Shown here piece by piece: positions 26,693-35,260 of a stretch of DNA of 53,287 nt. This DNA is from a virus (lineage: Duplodnaviria > Caudoviricetes): IMG/VR virus record IMGVR_UViG_3300028293_000002, positions 1 through 53,287 of that record; one strand, written 5' to 3'. Within the stretch, counting starts at the first letter, position 1. Every line of letters begins with the position of its first letter. A program made the translations under genes and the position numbers. Below the pieces are notes generated by a model that was given only the letters and a program-made list of their open reading frames with translations, made no database searches and was not told the DNA's origin.

Positions 26693-26895
26693 TTCAGCAC
26701 CTTCAATTCGTTTGCCCGGCAATAAAATGAGCCGGTGCCATCGGAGACGCGGATTTGCTCTCCGTACCAGTCTGTTCCGTAGACACGGACAATTCGCCCC
26801 GAAGGCAGGTGCCGGCATTCGTCAAGGCATTCCGGCATGTTTGCTGGGCGCTTCCACCGGTGACGCCAGATCAAGTCGATAAGCCAGCCGATCAC
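26689..26895 (-). CDS. 68-aa protein, SH3-like strand pattern
   Basis: MIGWLIDLIW...RANELKVLK*; GTGA overlap. Confidence 0.6.
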   Translation of the reverse strand: MIGWLIDLIWRHRWKRPANMPECLDECRHLPSGRIVRVYGTDWYGEQIRVSDGTGSFYCRANELKVLK

Positions 26896-27104
26896 TTCAG
26901 CCCCTTCTCTCTCAGGAACGTGTCGAGCATCTTCTGCGCCTCGCCTAGTGTCCGCGCCGTGCCAAGATACTGCTGGCACTTCAAGGACGGTATCCAGGCC
27001 CGTACCACGAACACGCCGACGCCCCTGGCTCGGTAAATCTGGCGGTACGGATCGTGCAGCCGGTGAAGGCCCGGCCGGCGCCGGTAGCCGCCTGGTTGGC
27101 TCAT
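26892..27104 (-). CDS. 70-aa basic protein (AP2-like YLG motif possible)
   Basis: MSQPGG...QQYLGTARTLGEAQKMLDTFLREKGLK*. Confidence 0.55.
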   Translation of the reverse strand: MSQPGGYRRRPGLHRLHDPYRQIYRARGVGVFVVRAWIPSLKCQQYLGTARTLGEAQKMLDTFLREKGLK

Positions 27105-27150
27105 GGAGTGTGTGGGTGCCGCATGGGATAACCTCATCTGGACGCCTAGT

Positions 27151-28365
27151 CTACAGTCGGACGGCGCGGAAAGCAATTGTGCGTTTGGTGGTGAGCGCAT
27201 TCAAGGCCGCGCTGGCTGCGTCCACCATGTCGTCATGGGAACCGAACGGGAACATCTCGGCTTCGTCCAGAAAATCCTTGTTCCACAGACCGCGCAACAG
27301 TTTGCACGCCCCGCCCTCGGCCTGCGCCGCCAGCGGTTGCGCCCGGTCCGCCTTGTGCCCTGTGGCCCGTTCTGCGACGAACCGATAGCCGGCCAGCACA
27401 TGACGCCGGTAATGATCGACTACGGCCACTCCGGCGCTGCCAGGCTCTTGTTCCAGCCGGATCATCACGCCGCGGCCGTCCTGCTCTGCTGTGGTTCGCA
27501 CCAGTTCCTGTACCTGTTGCGGTGTTCCCCGGATACGTCTCACGTCGGTGATGACGTTCACGCCGTCCTCGGTGCGGCCCATGCGGACGCCCGCTGTCCA
27601 GTCGGGATCACGGGCTTTCTCTTCGTCCAGCGGGGTCGCGGCCATGTCCCAGGCCCGCACTTCGCTCTTGAACACAGGCGGCTCGTCAACCATCCCGAAC
27701 CAGTACCGCTTGAACATCATCCCGCCGCTGTCGATGAACTCGCCCTCTAGCTCCTGCGCCGCGAGCGTGCTGGTGTACTGCCCCCGAACGGTGGGGGTAA
27801 ACTCGGCCGGCAGGAACGGATTGTCGCTGGTGCGCGCCCGAAAGATGGCGGTATTCTCCTTGCCCGTGGCAAACGTCTCAAACGTCCAGTGCAGTCGACC
27901 TTTCGGAGTGAACGTGGCCGTGAGCCACCCTTGCTCGCCGCCTTCCCGCAAACGACCGATGGCGATGGTAAACGCCTCCTGCATCATCAAAGACGCCTCG
28001 TCCATCCAGATCCCGGACAGATTCGGCCCGCGGAGCTTTTCCGGGTCGTCGGCACTGCGGAAGATGACCTCGGCCCCCGTCCGCAGCTTGATGAAGGGTG
28101 GGGCACTCGGCTTGATGTCAGCGATCAGGTCGAGATCGGTCGCCAGAGCTTTGAAACTGCGGAACGTGGCGTCACTCAGCATCGAATAGGTCGGCGCCAT
28201 GACGAGGTAAAGGCGATCGCGCTTGGCACGCCGGATTATGTCGTAGGAGCCAGCAAAGCTCTTGCCGCTCCCGATGCCGCCGGTGAAAGCGCGAAAGATG
28301 GCGTTCGACTGAAGGAAGTCGTATTGAGCCTGGTGGAAGTCGAGAACGCGATCAGTGGTGTCCAT
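27151..28365 (-). CDS. terL: Terminase large subunit (404 aa)
   Basis: Walker A GGIGSGKS, LRGPNL, Walker B IWMDEA, TPKG, nuclease WDMA...DWTAG...HDDMVDA. Confidence 0.96.
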   Translation of the reverse strand: MDTTDRVLDFHQAQYDFLQSNAIFRAFTGGIGSGKSFAGSYDIIRRAKRDRLYLVMAPTYSMLSDATFRSFKALATDLDLIADIKPSAPPFIKLRTGAEVIFRSADDPEKLRGPNLSGIWMDEASLMMQEAFTIAIGRLREGGEQGWLTATFTPKGRLHWTFETFATGKENTAIFRARTSDNPFLPAEFTPTVRGQYTSTLAAQELEGEFIDSGGMMFKRYWFGMVDEPPVFKSEVRAWDMAATPLDEEKARDPDWTAGVRMGRTEDGVNVITDVRRIRGTPQQVQELVRTTAEQDGRGVMIRLEQEPGSAGVAVVDHYRRHVLAGYRFVAERATGHKADRAQPLAAQAEGGACKLLRGLWNKDFLDEAEMFPFGSHDDMVDAASAALNALTTKRTIAFRAVRL

Positions 28366-28687
28366 TCCCGTTGGCAGGAATCACCCGCTCCTGAATAGGG
28401 GGCAGTTCGACGGCGGAGCGACTGGTGACGACACGCTCGATGATGCGGAGCTCGAGCGCCTGACCATCCATGCCGCTGAGTTCCACGGCCTTCGGCACGA
28501 TCAGCGGGAAAATCTTCGTCCAAAACAGCGTCGGGTTTTCCTTCCCCCATGCAAGCAACGCCTTTTGCCCGCCCATCCCTTTGACGGCAAATTCAATCAC
28601 GGCCCGCATTTCGGTCGTAACCTTATTACGGGTTCCCTTCTTACGACCTCCGAGACGCTCGCCAGGCTTCGGATTTAGCAACGGCAC
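28352..28687 (-). CDS. terS: Terminase small subunit (111 aa)
   Basis: GGRKKGTRNK motif; VELSG.DG..L C-terminus; overlaps terL. Confidence 0.8.
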   Translation of the reverse strand: MPLLNPKPGERLGGRKKGTRNKVTTEMRAVIEFAVKGMGGQKALLAWGKENPTLFWTKIFPLIVPKAVELSGMDGQALELRIIERVVTSRSAVELPPIQERVIPANGNGHH

Positions 28688-28750
28688 CCGCTATTTCTCC
28701 ACTATCCGCCCGCTATTTTGGGCTATTTTCGGGCCGGACTGTCGCCCCTC

Positions 28751-28779
28751 ACTTTACCCCGCCCGCCCGCCGTCCGCAA
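28751..28779 (-). promoter_or_regulatory. Putative promoter TTGCGG-17-TAAAGT for the late arm
   Basis: Hexamers in the divergent intergenic region upstream of terS. Confidence 0.5.
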
Positions 28780-28911
28780 GGGGGTGGCAGGAAAATCTGG
28801 ATTTGTGAAACTTGCCCCGTTCTTCGCGGGTACGCACTCGGTTCGCCGACGCATCCGAAGACTGAGGACAGAGAACAAGACTCCTCACTCTTCGGCGAAT
28901 ACTCTGACATC

Positions 28912-29691
28912 ATGTCCCCCGACTTCGACGCCCTGTTGCGGTGCGTGCTGGAGAGGCCCGACGACGACGGTCCGCGGCTGGTCTACGCCGATGCGTTGAT
29001 GGAGAGTAGCGCCGGTGGGCATGACCGCGGCGAGTTCATCCGAATCGGCTGCCGTATCGCCAAGCTGGAGCGATACACCGTTGGCGACGAGATTATGGAA
29101 TTAGCCTCGCTCCGCCAACGCGAGCAGGAGATCCTTCAGCCCAACGGTTTCGCTCTTGCCTTCCCGTGCCATGAATGGGCAGGCACGGCGGTTCTGGCCT
29201 GCGTCAATCACTACCCAACGGCGGGGCGGTACGAATGGCGGCGCGGGTTCGTGGAAGAGATCACTTGCGACTGGCCGGCGTGGGGCGGTGGTGAGTGCCG
29301 ACGATGCTGGAACCACGGCTCGGCAGACGGCGGGGACGACATACGAGCGAGAAGGGCGCCTTGCCCGATTTGCTCCAACACCGGCCGCACTCCCGGCCAC
29401 GCCGCCGCGATCCTCGCCGCCCAGCCCGTCCGCCGCGTGAAGCTCACTTCGATGGCGAACATGGAAGCCGGCATCCGCGATGGTGACTTGTGCTATTCCG
29501 ATTGTGACGGTCAGCATCGCGGGCCGAAGATCGACTACGAAAAACCGTGCGGCCGTCTGGACTTGCTGAAGATGGCGTTATCACATCAGGCGACAAGGAT
29601 GGGGGCGGCGCCCGGCGTCACGTTTGAGCTGCCGGCAAGAGTCGACACGACCACCAGCAGCTATCACGAAACGGTCGGCGGCTTCCGCTGA
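28912..29691 (+). CDS. TIGR02996-domain protein with an inserted Zn-finger-like segment (259 aa)
   Basis: DFDALLRCVLERPDDDGPRLVYADALME...RGEFIR...WRRGFVE; CRRC...CPICSNTG. Confidence 0.88.
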   Translation: MSPDFDALLRCVLERPDDDGPRLVYADALMESSAGGHDRGEFIRIGCRIAKLERYTVGDEIMELASLRQREQEILQPNGFALAFPCHEWAGTAVLACVNHYPTAGRYEWRRGFVEEITCDWPAWGGGECRRCWNHGSADGGDDIRARRAPCPICSNTGRTPGHAAAILAAQPVRRVKLTSMANMEAGIRDGDLCYSDCDGQHRGPKIDYEKPCGRLDLLKMALSHQATRMGAAPGVTFELPARVDTTTSSYHETVGGFR

Positions 29692-29760
29692 GTTTGCCCG
29701 ATCCTTCTCTCCCCCTCGCGGCGGCGGGGCGCGGGGGCTAGGCATCGCGGAGCCAGCAAG

Positions 29761-29973
29761 CTACGCGGGCTGGAGCTGGCCAAAGGTGATATTGTTCTCG
29801 CGGGCGATTTCGTCTAATCTGCCCATCGTCTCGAATCGCGGGTGGTGCCCGCCCGATTCCCAGCGGCAGGCCGTGGCCTCACTCACACCAACCAGTTCGG
29901 AGAACGCTTTGAGCGTAAGTCCTAGCTGGCTGCGGAGTAGTGCAATTTCAGTCGAACCCCATCGCATGTTCAT
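29761..29973 (-). CDS. XRE-family HTH repressor (70 aa)
   Basis: LRSQLGLTLKAFSELVGVSEATACRWESG...P. Confidence 0.9.
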   Translation of the reverse strand: MNMRWGSTEIALLRSQLGLTLKAFSELVGVSEATACRWESGGHHPRFETMGRLDEIARENNITFGQLQPA

Positions 29974-29979
29974 ACCCTA

Positions 29980-30008
29980 ATCCTATCCGCTACTTGGGAA
30001 AAAAGCAA
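29980..30008 (-). promoter_or_regulatory. Leaderless promoter of the XRE gene, TTGCTT-17-TAGGAT-6-ATG
   Basis: Spacing read directly; no Shine-Dalgarno room before ATG 29973. Confidence 0.65.
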
Positions 30009-30033
30009 GAAACTTAGGAAAAAAGCAAGAAAC
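29997..30033. repeat. 17-bp direct repeat GGAAAAAAGCAAGAAAC x2 (period 20), candidate operator
   Basis: Copies at 29997..30013 and 30017..30033 between divergent promoters. Confidence 0.85.
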
Positions 30034-30037
30034 GGGA

Positions 30038-30066
30038 TTGACTCGTTCTTTCGCGGAGCGTAAGAT
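30038..30066 (+). promoter_or_regulatory. Early sigma70 promoter TTGACT-17-TAAGAT with A-rich UP element
   Basis: Near-consensus hexamers with 17-bp spacer. Confidence 0.8.
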
Positions 30067-30106
30067 GCCTTCAGTGGTGAAACGAAACGCTGAACGGGAG
30101 ACGGAA

Positions 30107-30343
30107 ATGACCTTCACGAAAGCCGCAAACGAACTGCAAGCCATTCGCAACGAACTGGTCCGCGGCAATGATCGCAAGGCTCTGCTGGCCCGCTGTGACG
30201 CTGTTGGCCAGTGGGCCGCGAAGCAGAAGTACACGGACCGCATGGGCCGTCTGTGCCGAGAGGCAAGCGAAACGGCTGACCGCATTACCGGCAGCGTGAA
30301 CCTGCCCGATGTGCTGGAAGGCAAAGCTTTCATCCTGAACTAA
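30107..30343 (+). CDS. First early gene, hypothetical (78 aa)
   Basis: GGGAG RBS; downstream of the early promoter. Confidence 0.65.
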   Translation: MTFTKAANELQAIRNELVRGNDRKALLARCDAVGQWAAKQKYTDRMGRLCREASETADRITGSVNLPDVLEGKAFILN

Positions 30344-30548
30344 CCGACCACCACAGGGGCACGGACGCCCTTTTCTTGGAGTACCCGCCATGTTCATCGT
30401 AACCGCAATCCTGACCGCCGCCTTCCTGACGCTGGTTGTCGTGGCGACGCGGCGTATGGACGCGGCCGACCTGGACTTGGCCCGCCGGGTAGGCAAGGCT
30501 CGCGGGGTGAAGTGAACCGCAATCGAAAACGCCGAACCGGAGACGACG

Positions 30549-30809
30549 ATGATTCAGAGACTTACCTACAACTGCCCGCCCGACTCGCTTAACGGCATCA
30601 GCCAAGTCGATTTTGTTGATGCCCTCGAAAACGAATTCTCCACCAACCCGCGATTTCGTGAGTGTGACTTGACCGTGACGTTCAACTCGTCAGTTCAGGG
30701 GACGGTTAGCGGAGTGTCGGTCACGGACGAAGACAGCGATGATCCGGCCGACTACGAGGAAACGATTCGCCACATGGCCGAACGCGCCTTCGCCGCTTGC
30801 TGCCACTGA
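30549..30809 (+). CDS. Acidic hypothetical protein (86 aa)
   Basis: GGAG RBS. Confidence 0.65.
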   Translation: MIQRLTYNCPPDSLNGISQVDFVDALENEFSTNPRFRECDLTVTFNSSVQGTVSGVSVTDEDSDDPADYEETIRHMAERAFAACCH

Positions 30810-30841
30810 CCCCCGCCCGCCGCTTACCGGAGACACGACCA

Positions 30842-31372
30842 ATGCCCGCGACGACCCTGTTTCAGATCAGCGACGACCTGCGAGCGCTCGCCGACCTCGT
30901 GAACGATTACGAGGGCGACATTGACGACCCGCTCATGGCGTCAGCCTTTGATGCGTGGTTCGCCGAACTGGAAGCCGCGCAGGCCACGAAACTCGACAGC
31001 TACGTCGGGTTGATTCGGCAATGGGAGATGGAAGGCGCGGCCGCGAAAGAGGAATCGGAGCGCTGGGCGATGAAGGCCAGCGTGCGGGCGAACCGCGTGC
31101 AGCGTCTGAAGGCCCGGCTGATGGACTACATGACGCTGACGGGGCAACCGAAGCTCACCACCGCCGAGGGCCGGACGATTGCGGTTCAGAAGAACGGCGG
31201 CGTGCTGCCGATCATCCCGGCCGGCTGGGAAACATCGGTCGACCTCGATACCTACCCGCAGTTCTCCAAGCGCGTGCTGGACCCGAAGGCGGTTCGCGAC
31301 GCGCTGGCCGATGGGCAGGCTGTGCCGTTCGCCGCGTTGGGCGAGCGCGGGTCGCATGTTCGGATTAAGTGA
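30842..31372 (+). CDS. Siphovirus Gp157-family protein
   Basis: TLFQI..D, KLDSY..LIR..E, RLK..LMDYM, KL.T, IAVQKNGG, LD.KAVRDAL..G..VP.A.L..RG.HVRIK. Confidence 0.85.
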   Translation: MPATTLFQISDDLRALADLVNDYEGDIDDPLMASAFDAWFAELEAAQATKLDSYVGLIRQWEMEGAAAKEESERWAMKASVRANRVQRLKARLMDYMTLTGQPKLTTAEGRTIAVQKNGGVLPIIPAGWETSVDLDTYPQFSKRVLDPKAVRDALADGQAVPFAALGERGSHVRIK

Positions 31373-31865
31373 GGCAATGATCATGATCACCCGCCACCTG
31401 ACCACCGACGCCGCCCGCGCCGAACGTCTGCAAGCCGCCGACGACCTCGGCGTGCTGGACGAACAGCCGGCCAGCGATGTCGTGCGGGATGCGATGCAAT
31501 CGGATTACTGGCAGTGGGCCGACAGCGTTGACGCGACGATTCCGCCCAGCGAGCCAGAGCATTACGACGGCTGCCCTTGTGCCGACTGCGTGAAGCTGCG
31601 GGAGTACAAGCCGAGCGGACATTCGCACGGCATCGCGTTCTGACCGGGGAGCCAGCGCCCGGCCCGCCGCCCGGTGACGTGGGCGCCATCGGCGGCGGTG
31701 TCCGGGCCTGGAGTGGGGAGCGAGGGACCGCATGAGCGACTCAACGCTGATCCTGTTGTGCGTGGTCGCCATCGTCTCGCTCTACGCGGCGGCAGTGACG
31801 GCCCTGGCGGCGAGTGAAGAACCGGCGGACAGGGAGTCCGCTGTCAACCCCACGGAGAAAGACAA

Positions 31866-32189
31866 ATGAAGCCGTTACCAATGGACAAGCCGACCCGGCG
31901 AACCATCGAGGAACTGTTTCGCGAGTTGGCTAATTCGTCAAATCGCTGGGACAACGATGAAATTCAGGCCATTAGCCAAGAACTTGACCAATTGAAGGAC
32001 GAACTTCATAACGTTCCGCCGGTCAAGAAGCTGGAGCGGCGATTGTGCGAAGCGCGGAGAAAGCACCACCAGATTAAGGACGCGGTAAAGGAGAAACTGG
32101 TGAAGGTTCGCCGTCGCTACTTGGCGAAGGGACTCACGCCGTCCGTGCTGAAGGAAATCGAGAAGCTGGTCGAGACCGCCAACAAGTGA
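31866..32189 (+). CDS. Coiled-coil hypothetical protein (107 aa)
   Basis: GGAG RBS; charged helical sequence. Confidence 0.65.
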   Translation: MKPLPMDKPTRRTIEELFRELANSSNRWDNDEIQAISQELDQLKDELHNVPPVKKLERRLCEARRKHHQIKDAVKEKLVKVRRRYLAKGLTPSVLKEIEKLVETANK

Positions 32190-32485
32190 CCGACATGGCG
32201 TCGTGCGGAGCGCGACCGGAACCAACCAAAGGAGTGACGAGATGCCGACGACTTTACCAGAATGGGCCGACTTGTTCGAGGCACTGGCCGCGGCGATCCG
32301 CGAGTTCTGCCGGGCACGCCGGGAACAGGTGAAAGCAACGAGGATACCGTGAGCAACGCGATTCGATCTATCAAGAGAAACATGGGCGTACACAAATCAA
32401 ACAAGTTCGGTGACAAACGCCGACGACGCGCGGTGTCGCTAGGCCGCGTGAAGCCGGCGCCGCAACACAAGTCGAAAGGGAAATC

Positions 32486-32719
32486 GTGATCACCCCGTTC
32501 CTCGCCGTCACGCCCGCCACTGCGGCCGAGATGGACAAAGACCTCGCTGAGATGGTCTACCCGCACGGTGCCTTGCTGCGATGCGAGAAGTGCGGCCGTC
32601 GGATGAACGCAAGCCGGCAGCAATGCGTGGCGCGGATGGGCAACTGGTGGACATGCTGTTCGATTCAGATGACGACCGAGGCGCGGGTGCCGCTGCCGGC
32701 GAAGCAGGAGAAACCATGA
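32486..32719 (+). CDS. Small Zn-ribbon protein (77 aa)
   Basis: CEKCG...WTCC. Confidence 0.55.
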   Translation: MITPFLAVTPATAAEMDKDLAEMVYPHGALLRCEKCGRRMNASRQQCVARMGNWWTCCSIQMTTEARVPLPAKQEKP

Positions 32720-32959
32720 TCGCGGTCGAATCGAAGCGGCAACGGGACCGGGCGAAAACCGTCGCCAAGCTCAAGCCGGGCGACGTGATTGGCACGTCAT
32801 TGCTCCGCTACCGGGTGACGTGGGCCTTCGGCAGCGCGATTAATGGCGTGCTGGTCGCGGTCTGGAACGGGGCGGGCTGGGCGCCGCCGCGGGGACCGCA
32901 AGCTGAAGAATCGCTGTGGCTGGACGGTGGCGAGTGGCGGGTGGTGTGAGGACAGAAAC

Positions 32960-33406
32960 ATGAGCGCGGACAGCCTGACCCTGACCATACCCGTTGACGG
33001 CGACGAGCTGCGCCCGTCCGCGATGCAGCAGGCGAACATGACCGGGTTCCTGCGCGGCCGCAACGGCAAGACGGTGACGATCACGCTGGAGCGTCCTTAC
33101 GAAAAACGGACGGACGCCCAAAACAGATTTTATTGGGGCGTCGTGTTGACCATCATCGGGAACCACACCGGAAACTCCACGGAGGATCTGCATGAAGTAA
33201 TCAAAGCCAAATTCCTACCCCGGAAGTTCATCACGCTCGGCGGTCGAGAAATCGAAATCGACAAGTCGACCAAGAAGCTGTCAGTCACGGAATTCACTCA
33301 GTACCTGGAACAAGTCCAGGCATGGGCAGGCCAAGAACTCGGCATCGAATTTCCCGCACTCGAACAAACCACAACCCGCACCAGAACCAGACAGGTGACC
33401 CGATGA
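32960..33406 (+). CDS. NinB/Orf-like recombination protein
   Basis: KRTDAQNRFYWG...LHE..K..F...ST.KLSV.EF.QYLE. Confidence 0.75.
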   Translation: MSADSLTLTIPVDGDELRPSAMQQANMTGFLRGRNGKTVTITLERPYEKRTDAQNRFYWGVVLTIIGNHTGNSTEDLHEVIKAKFLPRKFITLGGREIEIDKSTKKLSVTEFTQYLEQVQAWAGQELGIEFPALEQTTTRTRTRQVTR

Positions 33407-33924
33407 AGATGAACCAAATGTTCCCGAGCAACTGGCTCGCGAAGGAAGACATCACGCACCCCATCCGCGCCACGATAAAGGCCGTGACGCAGGAAGAAAT
33501 CAAGGGGGAGAGCGGCAACGAAACAAAGAACATCCTGCACTTCAACGGCGACGTGAAGCAGATGATTCTGAACCGCACGAACGCGGAATTCCTCGTCGCG
33601 GCCTTCGGCGACGACTCCGACCACTGGCTCGGCAAGACGGTGGAAATCTACGTCGACCCGAACGTGATGTTCGGGGGCAAGCGCATCGGCGGCGTGCGGG
33701 TGCGTGCCGTCCAGCAGCAGACCGCCTGGACGTGGCCGCAAGCTATCGCCGAATGTGCCAAGGTCGGCATCAACGAGCAGCAGCTTAAGGATGCGCTCAA
33801 GCAAGCTGGGCTGTCCGCCTACAACGCCCAGCGCGACACGCCGACGGTGCAGCGGATCATTGACGAAGTGAGCGGGGTAGCGCTGGGCCCGCCGGGCGGC
33901 GACAACGGCGAGATTCCTTTCTGA
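33403..33924 (+). CDS. Putative phage ssDNA-binding protein
   Basis: FPSNWL..ED, ILN.TN, FG.D...W.GK, FGG....G.RVR; acidic tail ending EIPF like SSB. Confidence 0.65.
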   Translation: MKMNQMFPSNWLAKEDITHPIRATIKAVTQEEIKGESGNETKNILHFNGDVKQMILNRTNAEFLVAAFGDDSDHWLGKTVEIYVDPNVMFGGKRIGGVRVRAVQQQTAWTWPQAIAECAKVGINEQQLKDALKQAGLSAYNAQRDTPTVQRIIDEVSGVALGPPGGDNGEIPF

Positions 33925-33931
33925 CCTACCC

Positions 33932-33972
33932 CACCGGGCCGGTGACTTCCCACCACCGGCCCGGTGCCTTTC
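33932..33972 (+). terminator. 13-bp perfect hairpin after the SSB-like gene
   Basis: CACCGGGCCGGTG (33932-33944) / CACCGGCCCGGTG (33954-33966), followed by CCTTTC. Confidence 0.55.
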
Positions 33973-33983
33973 GAGGCCGTGCC

Positions 33984-34289
33984 GTGGACCTGTTCGACTA
34001 CATTTCCGAGCCGCTCCCGCCCTACGTTCAGGGCAGCGCCACGAGCCGCGAGTCCGCGGAGTCGATGGAACCTCGGTCGGCCACGCTACGGCGCAAGGTG
34101 CTGGACTACCTGCGCCGGTGCGCCGACGGGGCAACCGATGAGGAAATGCAGCGCTGGTGCAACATGCCGGCGAACACTCAGCGGCCTCGAAGGGTGGAGC
34201 TGGTCCGCGCCGGCCTGGTGGTCGACAGCGGCCGGACGCGGCAGACGGGGAGCGGTCGCAAGGCGGTGGTGTGGGTGGCGACTTCGTGA
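33984..34289 (+). CDS. Winged-helix DNA-binding protein
   Basis: TS..SA...VL..L...GATDEE...RPRRVELV..GLV.DSG..R.T.SGR.A.VW. Confidence 0.75.
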   Translation: MDLFDYISEPLPPYVQGSATSRESAESMEPRSATLRRKVLDYLRRCADGATDEEMQRWCNMPANTQRPRRVELVRAGLVVDSGRTRQTGSGRKAVVWVATS

Positions 34290-34297
34290 AACTGACC

Positions 34298-34326
34298 TTG
34301 ACGGTGAATTTCGGCAGGCGTAGAAA
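34298..34326 (+). promoter_or_regulatory. Promoter TTGACG-17-TAGAAA driving the structured leader and replication genes
   Basis: Hexamers with 17-bp spacer just upstream of the structured leader. Confidence 0.6.
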
Positions 34327-34395
34327 TGGTGTCAGCGGGAAACCTGTCGCTACAGGCCCTGCATCTCTTTGGCGCACGAGTCCTCAATGTCAACA

Positions 34396-34501
34396 CAACG
34401 AAAAACCGAGTCACTGCACGAATCGGATCGGTCCCTGAGCGTGCGCCGTCAGGTCTAAAGGCCGGTAGCGTCCGACCGTGCAGTGACTCGGTTTTTCGTT
34501 G
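34396..34501 (+). ncRNA. Putative c4/CI-like antisense RNA (long stem with bulges and apical loop)
   Basis: 25-bp perfect inverted repeat (34396-34420 / 34477-34501) enclosing further stems; loop and bulge complementary to flanking sites. Confidence 0.65.
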
Positions 34502-34540
34502 CAATCAAGGCGCACACAATGCGCCGCGAACGGCTGCGCT

Positions 34541-35260
34541 ATGGCCGGTGATTGGATAAAGCTTGAGCATGTCACCCCTGACAAGCCTGAAGTACATCTC
34601 ATCGGCGAGCAGATGGGCGTTGACCCAAACGCCGTACTTGGCGCCCTTATTCGCATCTGGATTTGGGCCGATCAGCAGACCATAGTCGGTAACGCTCCCA
34701 GCGTTACAGATTCGCTCATTGATCGCATCGCTTGCGCACGCGGGATCGCCAAGGCGATGCAAAAAGTTGGTTGGTTGCGCCTCACAGACGGTGGCGTGGA
34801 GTTCCCGAACTTCGACCGACACAACGGAAGTACTGCAAAAACAAGGGGTTTAACGCTCAGACGGGTCAACAAGGTCCGTAACGCATCGAGCGTTACAAAA
34901 GCGTTACCAGAGGTAGAGGTAGTGTGTTCTTCTCCGAAGAACACACTTAGAGAAGAGGTAGAGTGTGCAACGCACGAATGCCCGCCAGAATTTTTAGTTG
35001 AGCTCAAAAGACTGGCGAAGCTATTCGCGAAGCTTTATCCAGGTCCACCAGAACGGGCGCCGTTGCGTCCAGACGAAGTGGAAAAATGCTTCAAGCGATT
35101 CGAGAGTTGCGCTCTCAGCATCGCCGAAATTGAAGCCGAACTCGAGAAAAAAGGTCGCAAGCCGGAGTATCCGCGTGAGTTCGTCAGCCGTTTGCTGGGC
35201 GAGCCGAGTAACGCGAATGGCTTCAGCGCGAAACTGAAAGCGAGGCTTGAACGTGAGTGA
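34541..35260 (+). CDS. Phage replication initiator / replisome organiser (239 aa)
   Basis: MAGDWIK...PDKPEV...LG.L.RIW.WAD...VGWL...PNFDRHNG.TAK.R family pattern; internal iterons. Confidence 0.8.
   Translation: MAGDWIKLEHVTPDKPEVHLIGEQMGVDPNAVLGALIRIWIWADQQTIVGNAPSVTDSLIDRIACARGIAKAMQKVGWLRLTDGGVEFPNFDRHNGSTAKTRGLTLRRVNKVRNASSVTKALPEVEVVCSSPKNTLREEVECATHECPPEFLVELKRLAKLFAKLYPGPPERAPLRPDEVEKCFKRFESCALSIAEIEAELEKKGRKPEYPREFVSRLLGEPSNANGFSAKLKARLERE
34689..34907. repeat. GTAACGC/AGCGTTAC iterons, candidate replication origin
   Basis: GTAACGCT 34689, AGCGTTAC 34700, GTAACGC 34878, AGCGTTAC 34889 and 34900. Confidence 0.65.

Noticed and set aside
26412-26907. Repeated junction motif as a CRISPR array or integron attC array
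   Set aside because: Repeats are about 14-16 nt and non-palindromic, spacers are 125-200 bp coding genes, and no cas or integron integrase is present
30549-30809. Possible DinI-like protein
   Set aside because: Only size, acidity and a rough strand/helix pattern agree; not enough to call without a profile search
34396-34501. 25-bp inverted repeat as an invertible switch, MITE or retron a1/a2
   Set aside because: No invertase, transposase or reverse transcriptase was recognised and no target duplication is visible; internal pairing and flanking complementarity fit an RNA structure better
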